DNA of 62,496 bases, the filler included, from Methanobacteriota archaeon (GTDB taxonomy: Archaea > JACRDV01): NCBI GenBank assembly GCA_024860865.1. It is 5 parts of 5 records of this genome, joined end to end, with 100 filler letters (N's around TTAATTAATTAA, not from the genome) between each part and the next. Parts side by side here need not be neighbours in the genome. Positions count along the whole stretch, not along the records: positions 9,402 to 30,599 come from JACRDV010000096.1; positions 30,700 to 47,618 come from JACRDV010000095.1; 3 more parts are not named here. One strand, 5' to 3'. Below the pieces are notes generated by a model that saw only the letters and a list, made by a program, of their open reading frames with translations, ran no database searches and was not told where the DNA came from. The stretch's first letter is position 1, and the number at the start of each line of letters is the position of its first letter. The translations under genes and the position numbers were made by a program. Of the stretch, positions 30,292-39,773 are shown piece by piece.

Positions 30292-30599
30292 ATGCAAGCT
30301 ATTAAAACAGTTCAGATATCTTATCAACCTACCCACGAGATTCTCAACCTGCTTGAAGCCTTCAGGGACATGGTCAATTATTCCATTTTTATTGGCTTAG
30401 AGAAAAACATAACCTCTAGGTTCAAGCTTTCAAACGAGGTCTACCACAAGTTAGCAGAGTCCGGATTGCACACTTGGTATGTGCTTTCTGCAATTGAGGT
30501 TGCTTCCACTATTTTGAAGAACTATCGGAAAGCGGTTGGGAGGGGAGAAAAACCAAAGAAACCGCATGCTAAAAAACTTATGGCCAAACTTGGGAACCA
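30292..30599 (+). CDS. tnpB: TnpB/Cas12f-like protein, N-terminal part (cut by contig end)
   Basis: KTVQISY...LLEAFRDMVNY...SRFKLSNEVYHKL...SAIEVASTILKNYRK resembles archaeal TnpB N termini. Confidence 0.65.
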
Positions 30600-30699
30600 N
30601 NNNNNNNNNNNNNNNNNNNNNNNNNNNNNNNNNNNNNNNNNNNTTAATTAATTAANNNNNNNNNNNNNNNNNNNNNNNNNNNNNNNNNNNNNNNNNNNN
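30600..30699. other. Artificial contig linker
   Basis: N44-TTAATTAATTAA-N44. Confidence 0.98.
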
Positions 30700-31659
30700 G
30701 AAAAATTGAACGCAAGCATCATGGGTTGGTCAAGAGCAGCTAAAGAGGATGTAAATGCTGTTATAGAGTCTGAGGCAGATGCTATAGCAATTTCTATTGC
30801 GACTTCTGATATTCATTTGCAATATAAGCTAAGAATGACTAGAGAGGAAGTAATTGAAAAAGCACTATCGATGGTAGAATATGCAAAATCACATGGATTA
30901 TATATTTCATTAAATGCTGAAGATGCAACTAGAACTGATTTTGCTTTCTTAAGGGAGTTTGCAACAAAAGGGAAAGAGGCTAAGGCAGATAGATTTAGGT
31001 TATGCGATACTTTAGGAGTCTTAGTTCCAGTCTCTAGCAGATACCTCACTAAAAGGATAATTGATGAAGTCCGCATACCAGTAGAGATTCATGCTCATAA
31101 TGACTATGGCTTGGCTGTTGCGAATACATTAGCAGCGTTTGAGGCAGGAGCTGAGTGGGCTTCAACAACTGTTAATGGACTTGGTGAAAGAGCTGGCAAT
31201 GCATCCTTAGAAAGTGTTCTAATGAGTTTGATTAAGCTTTACAATTTAGATGTATCTTTTAAAATAACTAAAATTTGTGAGCTCTCAAACTATGTGGAAA
31301 AAGCTTCAGGAATTCCTGTGCCTGTAATTGAAGCAATAGTTGGGAAGCATGTTTTTACTCACGAATCCGGTATACACGTAGATGGTGTGCTAAAATTTCC
31401 ATATACATACGAGTCCTTTCTGCCTGATGAGATAGGGAGAAGTAGAAGTATTGTAATTGGAAAGCACTCTGGGAAGCACGCTGTATGGGCTAAACTAAAT
31501 GAATTAGGAATCAGTGTAGACAAAAGTGAGTTAATTAAGATAGTTGAAGTAGTTAAACACCGCTCTGAAGAGAGAAAAAGAGCAATAACAGATGAAGAAC
31601 TGAAAGAGATAGCTCGAGAGATTATCGAACAAACAAAGAAAGAGAGCGAGTCTGAGTGA
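30700..31659 (+). CDS. Homocitrate synthase-like DRE-TIM enzyme (AksA/NifV-like), 5' truncated
   Basis: EDATR, CDTLG, HAHNDYGLAVAN, NGLGERAGN, HESGIHVDG, GKHSG; lacks the LeuA regulatory domain. Confidence 0.8.
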   Translation, partial: EKLNASIMGWSRAAKEDVNAVIESEADAIAISIATSDIHLQYKLRMTREEVIEKALSMVEYAKSHGLYISLNAEDATRTDFAFLREFATKGKEAKADRFRLCDTLGVLVPVSSRYLTKRIIDEVRIPVEIHAHNDYGLAVANTLAAFEAGAEWASTTVNGLGERAGNASLESVLMSLIKLYNLDVSFKITKICELSNYVEKASGIPVPVIEAIVGKHVFTHESGIHVDGVLKFPYTYESFLPDEIGRSRSIVIGKHSGKHAVWAKLNELGISVDKSELIKIVEVVKHRSEERKRAITDEELKEIAREIIEQTKKESESE

Positions 31660-31662
31660 GGC

Positions 31663-32916
31663 ATGGGCAAAACCATCGCAGAAAAAATTCTAAGTGAGCA
31701 TTCCAACAAAGATGCTTATGCCAATGATATAGTTGTGGCTAATATTGATATTGCATTTGTGCAAGATGGAACTGGGCCTCTTACAATTCAAGAATTGCAA
31801 AAACTTGGTAAAGAAGAAGTTTTTAATTCCAATAGAACTATGTTATTTATTGATCATGCGGCACCAAGTCCTCGAGAAGAGCTCTCAAATGCGCACTCAA
31901 TTTTAAGAAATTTTGCTAAAAAAACTGGCGTTAGGTTGTATGAAATAGGTGCTGGGATCAGCCATCAAATTTTAATTGAAGATCACGTGAACCCTGGGGA
32001 AGTTATAGTCGGAGCCGATTCGCACACTTGTACATCAGGTGCGATGGGAGCGTTTGCAACTGGAATGGGATCAACTGACATAGCTATTGCAATGGCATTG
32101 GGCAAAACATGGTTTAGAGTTCCAGAAACTTTTAGGATAAATATTGATGGAAAACTATCCAGAGGAGTTTACTCAAAAGACTTGATGTTACATTTCATTG
32201 GAATTATTAAAGCTGATGGCGCTACTTACAAGTCATTAGAGTTTGCTGGCGAAACGATAGAGAACATGATAATGTCTGAAAGACTTACTCTAGCGAATAT
32301 GGCGGTAGAGACCGGAGCAAAGACTGGGTTAATTGCTTCGGATAAAAAAACCAAACAATTCCTGGAACAGCAAGGGCGGGGTAATAGATTTAAAACAATA
32401 AGATCAGATGAGGATGCTATTTATGAGCGCAATATCGATATAGATGCTTCAAATATTGTGCCCATGGTTTCAGCACCCTATGCTGTAGATAACGTTAAGA
32501 CAGTTGAAAAAGTTACTGGCATAAAAGTAGACCAAGTCTTTATAGGAACATGTACGAATGGTCGCTTAGAGGATTTGCGAGTTGTGGCTGAATATTTAAA
32601 AGGGAAGAAAAAGCATGTTGATACCCGCTTGATCGTTGCACCGGCCTCTCGGACAGTGTATTTTCAGGCAATAAAAGAGGGTATTATCCAAATTTTAGTC
32701 GAAGCAGGGGCTTTAATTTTCCCCCCTGGATGTGGAGCATGTGTTGGGATCCACGGGGGTATCCTTGGAAATAACGAAGTCTGTCTGTCAACACAAAATC
32801 GTAACTTCAAAGGAAGAATGGGCAATCCTAGAGGAGAAATTTATTTGTGCTCACCAGCAACTGCTGCAATCTCAGCAATTAAGGGTGAGATTACGGATCC
32901 AAGGGAGAGAATATGA
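31663..32916 (+). CDS. leuC: Homoaconitase/3-isopropylmalate dehydratase large subunit
   Basis: GADSHTCTSGA, IGTCTNGR, PGCGACVG, NRNFKGRMG. Confidence 0.88.
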   Translation: MGKTIAEKILSEHSNKDAYANDIVVANIDIAFVQDGTGPLTIQELQKLGKEEVFNSNRTMLFIDHAAPSPREELSNAHSILRNFAKKTGVRLYEIGAGISHQILIEDHVNPGEVIVGADSHTCTSGAMGAFATGMGSTDIAIAMALGKTWFRVPETFRINIDGKLSRGVYSKDLMLHFIGIIKADGATYKSLEFAGETIENMIMSERLTLANMAVETGAKTGLIASDKKTKQFLEQQGRGNRFKTIRSDEDAIYERNIDIDASNIVPMVSAPYAVDNVKTVEKVTGIKVDQVFIGTCTNGRLEDLRVVAEYLKGKKKHVDTRLIVAPASRTVYFQAIKEGIIQILVEAGALIFPPGCGACVGIHGGILGNNEVCLSTQNRNFKGRMGNPRGEIYLCSPATAAISAIKGEITDPRERI

Positions 32917-33413
32917 AACTTATAGGCAAAGCACTGAAATTCGAAGATAACATAAGCACGGATTTGATTATTCCTGGGCGTTATTTTCATTTGCGAACAG
33001 ATCTTCAGGAACTAGCTAAGCACGTTTTAGAGGATGCTGATCCAGACCTCGCTAAAAAAGTTCAAAAAGGAGATTTTGTTGTAGCTGGCAAGAACTTTGG
33101 AATGGGTTCGAGCAGAGAACATGCTGCAATAGTAATCAAGCTTACAGGAGTTAGTGCAGTTTTAGCAAAATCTTTTGCTAGAATTTTTTACAGAAATGCT
33201 GTAAATATTGGTTTGCCAGTTTTGGAATTAGATACAAATGGAATTGATGAAGGTAATGAGCTTGAAGTAGACCTCTCTAGAGGTATAGTTTTTAATAAAA
33301 CTAAAAAGTTTGAGATGAGAGTGAAGCCATTGCCTAAGGTAATGGTCAATATACTAGAAGATGGCGGATTAGTAGCGCATATCAAAAAACATAGAGATTT
33401 CAAGTTAGATTGA
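32913..33413 (+). CDS. leuD: Homoaconitase/3-isopropylmalate dehydratase small subunit
   Basis: [34 protein letters not shown]. Confidence 0.88.
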   Translation: MKLIGKALKFEDNISTDLIIPGRYFHLRTDLQELAKHVLEDADPDLAKKVQKGDFVVAGKNFGMGSSREHAAIVIKLTGVSAVLAKSFARIFYRNAVNIGLPVLELDTNGIDEGNELEVDLSRGIVFNKTKKFEMRVKPLPKVMVNILEDGGLVAHIKKHRDFKLD

Positions 33414-33420
33414 GGATTTT

Positions 33421-34428
33421 ATGGTGCATAATATAACTTTAATCCCTGGTGATGGCATTGGGCCTGAAGTAACAGATGCAGCTGTAAAAGTTTTAGAAGC
33501 AAGTGGAGCAGATATTGAGTTTGAAAGAGTAAAAGCAGGCGAAGCAGCAATAAAGGAATATGGCACGCCTTTGCCTGATGAAGTCCTCCAGTCTATAAAG
33601 AAAAATAAAGTTGCTTTAAAGGGTCCAGTAACCACACCAATTGGTTATGGCTTTCGCAGTGTTAATGTTAGTATTAGACAGGCGCTTAACTTGTATGCAA
33701 ATGTAAGGCCTGCTGAATCCTTTGAAGGCGTAAAATCTCGTTATGAAAATGTGAACCTAGTTATCATAAGAGAAAATACAGAAGGTCTTTACTCTGGAAT
33801 TGAACGATTAAAGGACCAGAATACAGCTGAGAGCATAAGAATAATCACAAGAAAGGCTTCCGAGAGGATAGTAAGATTTTCTTTCGAATATGCTATCAGG
33901 GAAGGGCGGAAAAAAGTAACAGCTGTGCACAAGGCGAATATTCTGAAGGTCAGTTGTGGTTTATTTTTAGAGTCAGCTCGTAACATTGCTAAGAATTATT
34001 CTCAAATTAAGTTTGAAGATTGTCTTGTAGACAATATGGCAATGCAACTTGTAAAGAACCCTGAACTTTATGATGTTATAGTTACAACAAACCTCTTTGG
34101 AGATATATTATCCGATTTGTGCGCCGGGCTAGTTGGTGGCTTGGGTATGGTTCCTTCTGCAAATATTGGGGATGATATTGCAGTTTTTGAGCCAGTTCAT
34201 GGATCAGCCCCAAAATATGCGGGATTAAATAAAGTAAATCCAACAGCAATGATACTTTCTTCAGTTTTAATGTTAAAACATATCGGTGAGAAAGATGTCG
34301 CTATGAAAATTAGGAGTGCTCTAAGACAAGTATTGAGGGAGGGTAAAACAGTAACTTATGACTTGGGTGGAAAAGCTTCTACCACTGAGATGGCTAATGA
34401 AATCATAAAAAAAATAGAAGAGAGTTAA
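33421..34428 (+). CDS. Isocitrate/isopropylmalate/homoisocitrate dehydrogenase family enzyme
   Basis: [40 protein letters not shown]. Confidence 0.9.
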   Translation: MVHNITLIPGDGIGPEVTDAAVKVLEASGADIEFERVKAGEAAIKEYGTPLPDEVLQSIKKNKVALKGPVTTPIGYGFRSVNVSIRQALNLYANVRPAESFEGVKSRYENVNLVIIRENTEGLYSGIERLKDQNTAESIRIITRKASERIVRFSFEYAIREGRKKVTAVHKANILKVSCGLFLESARNIAKNYSQIKFEDCLVDNMAMQLVKNPELYDVIVTTNLFGDILSDLCAGLVGGLGMVPSANIGDDIAVFEPVHGSAPKYAGLNKVNPTAMILSSVLMLKHIGEKDVAMKIRSALRQVLREGKTVTYDLGGKASTTEMANEIIKKIEES

Positions 34429-34517
34429 GTGAAATAAAAACATATGATTTTCAAATAATTAATGGTCTTTTTTTACTATAAATTTAAATGAGTAACAATG
34501 AAGGTTAAAACCTGAAA

Positions 34518-34967
34518 ATGGTGAGAGAGATGAAATGCGTATTTTGTAATTTCGAAAAAATAATGAATCAGATATTTTTTGAAACTGAAAATTATTGTTG
34601 TCTGTATAACATAAAACCAGTTCTACCGGGGCATTCTTTAATTATACCGAGAAAACACGTGGAAAGTTTTCTAGATTTCAAGGAAGATGAATTGAAAGAG
34701 ATGTTTTTGTTAGTACAAAAAATTGTTAAAGTATTAATGAAAACTTATGGTTCTAATGGATTTAATTTAGGCATACAAGAGGGAGAAAGTGCTGGGCAGT
34801 CAATTCAACATTTTCATATACATCTGCTTCCAAGAAGGACAGGGGATATGGAAGGTGACCCGAGCAAGTGGTTTACTCGATTGTTTGATAATAAAAATTT
34901 ACCGATTTTTTCAGAGGAAGACATAAAGAGAAACATCTCAATGATAAAAAAACAATTAAGTGATTAG
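34518..34967 (+). CDS. HIT-family hydrolase
   Basis: CVFC; AGQSIQHFHIHLLPR histidine triad. Confidence 0.9.
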   Translation: MVREMKCVFCNFEKIMNQIFFETENYCCLYNIKPVLPGHSLIIPRKHVESFLDFKEDELKEMFLLVQKIVKVLMKTYGSNGFNLGIQEGESAGQSIQHFHIHLLPRRTGDMEGDPSKWFTRLFDNKNLPIFSEEDIKRNISMIKKQLSD

Positions 34968-35026
34968 CAATTGTTCAAATAAATCGAAAGCCTAAAAATA
35001 TTACTAAATATTAATGAGGTTTATAG

Positions 35027-36076
35027 TTGATCCTAACTTTTGAACAAGAAAAGCGAATTATTCAAACTTTATTAAAAAAATTAAACGCTTCAGGCGAAGA
35101 AGCAGGTATTGTAGCTGAAGTTCTTGGTGAAGGGGACCTTAGAGGTTTTGGTTCCCATGGAATTTTAAGATTGCCTTATATCATCCGCGGAATAAAAAGA
35201 GGAACAATTGTTCCGCAATCAAAAATAAAAATTGTTAAAGAAACTCTTGCAACCGCTTTGATCGATGGCAATCATGGATTAGGACACCATGTTGCAGTTC
35301 AAGCTATGAAACTGGCAATTGAAAAAGCAAAAAAGCATGGAATTGGAGCAGTAGGAGTTTTTAATTCAAATCATTTTGGAATAGCAGGTTACTATGCTGA
35401 GATGGCGATTAAGGAGAATTTAATTGGAATTGTTATAACTACTACTGATCCTCTTGTCCATCCTTGGGGCGGAGTTGAACCAATCCTCGGAACCAATGCT
35501 TTAGCGGTTGGAATTCCAGCAGAACCAATTCCAATTCTTATGGACATGGCAACAAGTGTAGCATCACGAGGAAAAATTCTTGAAGCTATGAAAAAAGGGC
35601 AAAAAATTCCGGAGGGTTGGGCTATTGATACTGAAGGCTATCCAACAACTGATCCGGAAAAAGCTGCAAAAGGTGCTCTCAGTCCATTTGGAGGAGTTAA
35701 AGGATATGCTTTAAGTTTTATCCTTGAAATTTTAGCAGGGTCTCTTGTTAACGCAGCCGTTGGCAAAGAAGTTCATGGGACTCTGGAGCCAAAGAGTTTC
35801 TGCACTAAAGGAGACTTTATGATTGCATTGGATCCTCAAGCGTATACCCTAGTTGAAGAATTTAAGTCGCGGGTAAAGAATTTCATAGTAGAATTAAAGA
35901 CTTCAAAGAAAGCACCTGGGTTTAACGAAATTTTGGTCCCTGGCGAACCAGAATTTAGAACTAGAGAAAAGCGATTGAAGGAAGGTATTCCAATTGCTGA
36001 TGAGGTTTGGAATGAGCTGAAACAGATTTCTCAAGAATTAGGAATAGATTTGAATTATTTGAAAGATTTGGGATGA
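35027..36076 (+). CDS. Ldh_2-family dehydrogenase (L-sulfolactate/malate dehydrogenase, ComC-like)
   Basis: GFGSHG, NSNHFGIAGYY, LGTNA, MDMATS, FGGVKGY, VPGEPE. Confidence 0.85.
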   Translation: MILTFEQEKRIIQTLLKKLNASGEEAGIVAEVLGEGDLRGFGSHGILRLPYIIRGIKRGTIVPQSKIKIVKETLATALIDGNHGLGHHVAVQAMKLAIEKAKKHGIGAVGVFNSNHFGIAGYYAEMAIKENLIGIVITTTDPLVHPWGGVEPILGTNALAVGIPAEPIPILMDMATSVASRGKILEAMKKGQKIPEGWAIDTEGYPTTDPEKAAKGALSPFGGVKGYALSFILEILAGSLVNAAVGKEVHGTLEPKSFCTKGDFMIALDPQAYTLVEEFKSRVKNFIVELKTSKKAPGFNEILVPGEPEFRTREKRLKEGIPIADEVWNELKQISQELGIDLNYLKDLG

Positions 36077-36183
36077 ATTTTATTGATTCTGATTATATTC
36101 TGAAATTGGTATTGCACCAACAAAAAAGGGGCAATGATTTTGTAATCCCAAAACCTTTATCCTTTTAAACCTAAGATAACACC

Positions 36184-36576
36184 ATGAAATCAAATTTTAC
36201 GATGAAAAATACGGACCCGCTCAAAAAACTTGTATCTAAGGCAGAGAAAGATAGGGATGTCTTAGCTGTTGTCATATACGGTAGCTACGCGAGGGGTGAG
36301 AAATACAGGGATATCGACGTATGCCTTGTACTTGACCCACGAGTTCATGCAAATGCTTTTGAGAAGCGGCTTGGGTATTCGGGTCATAGAAATATAGATG
36401 TCAATATTTTTCAGGCGCTGCCTCTTTACATACAAAAAAGAATCCTCCAAGAAGGAATTGTAGCGCTTTGTAAAGATGAAGATGCCTTATACGACATAGC
36501 TATAAAAGCTGTAAAGGAGTTCGAGCTCTTTAAACCAAAATATGAGCTTTACCTTGAAGGTGTAGCTAATGGATAA
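36184..36576 (+). CDS. Minimal nucleotidyltransferase (MNT antitoxin)
   Basis: YGSYARGE..DIDV motif. Confidence 0.85.
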   Translation: MKSNFTMKNTDPLKKLVSKAEKDRDVLAVVIYGSYARGEKYRDIDVCLVLDPRVHANAFEKRLGYSGHRNIDVNIFQALPLYIQKRILQEGIVALCKDEDALYDIAIKAVKEFELFKPKYELYLEGVANG

Positions 36577-36988
36577 AGAGCGCATACTGGCAAAGCTCGA
36601 CGAAATGGAGCAGTATCTTAGCGAGCTGCAAAGTATAATTCCTGATAGCTTCGAGGAATATCAGAGAAGCATCAAGACGAAAAGAGCGACGGAAAGGCTT
36701 CTCCAGATAACCATAGAGGCAGTAATGGATACCTGTGCCCTGCTGGTAAAAGAATTGAAGCTCGGCTTGCCCTCTGCTGAGGAGGAATTTCTTGAAAAGC
36801 TTGAAGGCAAAGTCCTCGAACCTGCTACACTCGAGAATCTCAAAAGAATGAAAAGCTTCAGGAATTTGCTTGTGCACGGCTACGCAAAAATAGACGATGC
36901 TAAGGTTTTTGAAATTCTTGAAGACAGGCTGGGAGATTTTGAAGATTTCAAGGCACAAGTATTGAAATTTCTTAAAATAAAGTCATGA
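36569..36988 (+). CDS. HEPN (DUF86) RNase toxin
   Basis: ERLLQITIEA..D; FRNLLVHGY (Rx4HxY). Confidence 0.88.
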   Translation: MDKERILAKLDEMEQYLSELQSIIPDSFEEYQRSIKTKRATERLLQITIEAVMDTCALLVKELKLGLPSAEEEFLEKLEGKVLEPATLENLKRMKSFRNLLVHGYAKIDDAKVFEILEDRLGDFEDFKAQVLKFLKIKS

Positions 36989-37245
36989 GCATCATAGGAG
37001 TAATGGTCCAGTACTATAAGGCATGCAAGCGAGAGCTCTAGTTTTTTGCGCCCAGATAAATATGAACTACGACGACGAGAACATTTCCATAGGTAGATTG
37101 ACCACGAGAAGAGCTTTTCGAGGGAGAAGAAGAACATAAATCTTGGCGAGGTTGCCTTCGACTTCGTGCGGAAAGAGGGTGACTTGACCATCTTCGAGAT
37201 TAAAAAGTCCAAAAAGCTTGGGAAAAACAAAAATGTTTGAGATGA
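36985..37245 (+). pseudogene. cas4: cas4 pseudogene (premature stop, frameshifts, 3' truncation)
   Basis: Piecewise translation MSIIGVMVQYYKACKREL*FFA..INMNYDDENISIGRL..HEKSFSREKKNINLGEVAFDFVRKEGDLTIFEIKKSKK matches the Cas4 N-terminal Cys and D..EIKKS motifs. Confidence 0.75.
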
Positions 37246-37366
37246 ACTAAGTTAATGCAAAGTATTTTCTCTCGTGGCCGCTACTGTTCCAAATGCGGGA
37301 TGGTTTTGATCTCGCCTGATTCTCTCAAAAATAGCTAAAAAAAAGGCTTGGTTTATTTAAGATTAG

Positions 37367-37427
37367 TGGTGGGGCCCGCCGAGATTTGAACTCAAGTTCT
37401 GGTTATAATCCCTGGCGACCCAGACCC
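37367..37427 (-). ncRNA. tRNA-like RNA or tRNA pseudogene lacking the anticodon arm
   Basis: Acceptor GGGUCUG/CGGGCCC; T arm UUGAG-UUCAAAU-CUCGG; 3' CACCA; TTATATAA box ~23 nt upstream (37450-37457). Confidence 0.55.
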
Positions 37428-37517
37428 TTGGCTACATTTCTTGGATGGCTTATATAACTGAGCCAATTGTTGAAAGAGACCAGTTGAGAGCCAACCACAA
37501 AGAGACTAAAGAGGAAG

Positions 37518-38105
37518 TCACTCTACGATTGGGTGCATTTCTTTTAAGTCCTTTTCAGTTTTCCCAAGCTTTTCCATAAGCTCAGCAATTATTCCATCAA
37601 GAAAAACAAGAACACTAACTTCAAATAATGTTCCAAGTGGACTTAGAGGCTGTCTTTGACCGAGAATTTGTCTTGTAACATAGTTTTTATCAACATCAAG
37701 TTTTGTTCTGCCTTTAACCAGTATTACAACGTTTGCAAGCTTTCCGAGAACTGAATCAATATTTGAAGTAATCCCAATAATTTTGCTTCCAATTTTATTA
37801 GCAACTTGAACTGCTTGGACTACTGACGAAGTCTCACCTGAACCAGAAATCGCGATTAAAACATCGCCTTTTTTCATTGATGGAGTTACTGTTTCACCTA
37901 TTACAAAGACTTGAAACCCGAGGTGCATAAGTCTCATTGCAAAAGCTCTGCCAACTAGACCCGAACGCCCTGCTCCAAAAATAAAAATCCTACTAGCACT
38001 TATAATTGTACTGATCATTTCATCGACTTTAGTGGTATCAATCTCTTGAGCAACCTTTTTTAAGTGCTCTGAAATTTCATCCATTGCAATTTGAAATCTA
38101 GGCAT
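37518..38105 (-). CDS. hxlB: 6-phospho-3-hexuloisomerase
   Basis: GAGRSGLVGRAFAMRLMHLG, SGSGET, PLGTLFE. Confidence 0.9.
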   Translation of the reverse strand: MPRFQIAMDEISEHLKKVAQEIDTTKVDEMISTIISASRIFIFGAGRSGLVGRAFAMRLMHLGFQVFVIGETVTPSMKKGDVLIAISGSGETSSVVQAVQVANKIGSKIIGITSNIDSVLGKLANVVILVKGRTKLDVDKNYVTRQILGQRQPLSPLGTLFEVSVLVFLDGIIAELMEKLGKTEKDLKEMHPIVE

Positions 38106-38110
38106 ATGAA

Positions 38111-39772
38111 TCAGTATAGTTTCTCAAGATTTATTTCAAATCCAACAGTTGGACTGCCGAGCTCAAAGTTAATCAATATTTCAGGATGAAGTTCTCCGAA
38201 AATTCCAATTTTCTCACTATCGCGATAAATTGCTGCAACTCTGCCTTCGATAAATGAAGGATGCTCTATTGCTTTTACCTTCCAATCTTTAATTTGTAAG
38301 CTGTGTAAAAGTGTTTCTACTATTGATTTAACTTCAGTAAAACTTGCCTTTGAATGTGTAACCATACCTGCAACTTTTCGAATTTCTCTAGCCCCTGTTT
38401 CAAAAGTTTGGTTCAGTATAAAGATATCACCAATTTCAAAGATTTTTTGAGGCAAGTCATAGTGTTTGTTGAGTTTAAGTGTTTCAAGCAAACCTGGCAG
38501 TAATGAAACTCTTGCTATCGTAAATTCGTCAGAAACTGGATTTGCTATCGATACGCCTTCCATTTTAGATATGCACATTTTATCAAATTGAATATTTGGA
38601 TTACTCAATATCATATTTGTTACTTCATTAAATCCCAATCCAATCAAAATTCTTTGTGCCCGCCTTGAGATGATTTCTGAAGGATGTTTCTGCCCAATCC
38701 CAACTGTAGCTGGAATTTCTGGAATGATTTTTTCATAACCATAACCTATTGCAACATCTTCAACTAAATCGATTTCGTGGAAAACGTCTACTCTATATGG
38801 GGGAACAAATACTTCGATATAATCATCAACTTTCCCCACTCCAAACCGCATTTTTTCTAAACAATGAGCTATTTCTGTTGGAGTGAGGTTTAATCCTAGC
38901 ATTTGATTAGTATAGTTCACTCTAAGTTCCTTTTTGCGCGGGTTTAGATTAGGAGTGATTTCCTTTTTATTTGAATAAAGCAACTTAACCGCTTCAATTG
39001 TTGCCCTCCGCTCTGCGAGAGCTGTAGTCAATATATCTAGTGCATAATTAAGTGCTGTCCAATCAGTTCCAGTCATCTCAATGAACAAATTTTTAGTATG
39101 GTTAGTTACTCGAGTAAGTTCCCCATTTATTACTGGGGGCATTGAAAGAACATCTCCATTACTGTCTAAAATAATTGGATAACGTTCGAATGATTTTAAT
39201 AAATGTGCAAAATCCTTGCCCTTCGGGTGTTTTTCTAGGATTTCAGCTAAGGTGAGCGGTTCTGGGTAATCAAGGGGTAAAAATTTAAGCTCGTTAGGTT
39301 TAACAGCCTTATAGAAATATGGTGGCTTGATTTTGTCAAAGTCGTGCACTCCAATAGCTACTTTTTTTCTATTCCTACCTATTGCCCAATGAAGATCTTC
39401 TTGGAAATCCATTAGCTCTTGGATAAACTCTAAGGTGATTTTCACTCCCCTAGCAACTGCTCCAACTATGAAAGGTCGAATTCTATCCACGGAGTGGTCA
39501 ATGTTTATTTCAATTTTTGGGGATACTACAGAATATTTTGATAAACCAGTTTCAATTTCTAAAAAGCCTCTTAATGCTCGAGCAATTCCTTCAATTGAAT
39601 ACAAGTCTGGTCGGTTTGGAAAGAATTCAGCGTAAATTTCATTTTCAGTAAAATTTTCAATATCAGATCCCATCATCGGTATAATTCTCAGTAAATCATC
39701 CATCGGGATTCTCTTCCCCAGCAGTTCACAGAGTTCTTTATAATCTATCTTAATTACTGGCATTTTAAACAC
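38111..39772 (-). CDS. pheT: Phenylalanine-tRNA ligase beta subunit
   Basis: PNRPDLYSIEGIAR, PPYRVDVFHEIDLVEDVAIGYGY, FGELHP. Confidence 0.95.
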   Translation of the reverse strand: MFKMPVIKIDYKELCELLGKRIPMDDLLRIIPMMGSDIENFTENEIYAEFFPNRPDLYSIEGIARALRGFLEIETGLSKYSVVSPKIEINIDHSVDRIRPFIVGAVARGVKITLEFIQELMDFQEDLHWAIGRNRKKVAIGVHDFDKIKPPYFYKAVKPNELKFLPLDYPEPLTLAEILEKHPKGKDFAHLLKSFERYPIILDSNGDVLSMPPVINGELTRVTNHTKNLFIEMTGTDWTALNYALDILTTALAERRATIEAVKLLYSNKKEITPNLNPRKKELRVNYTNQMLGLNLTPTEIAHCLEKMRFGVGKVDDYIEVFVPPYRVDVFHEIDLVEDVAIGYGYEKIIPEIPATVGIGQKHPSEIISRRAQRILIGLGFNEVTNMILSNPNIQFDKMCISKMEGVSIANPVSDEFTIARVSLLPGLLETLKLNKHYDLPQKIFEIGDIFILNQTFETGAREIRKVAGMVTHSKASFTEVKSIVETLLHSLQIKDWKVKAIEHPSFIEGRVAAIYRDSEKIGIFGELHPEILINFELGSPTVGFEINLEKLY

Positions 39773-39773
39773 T

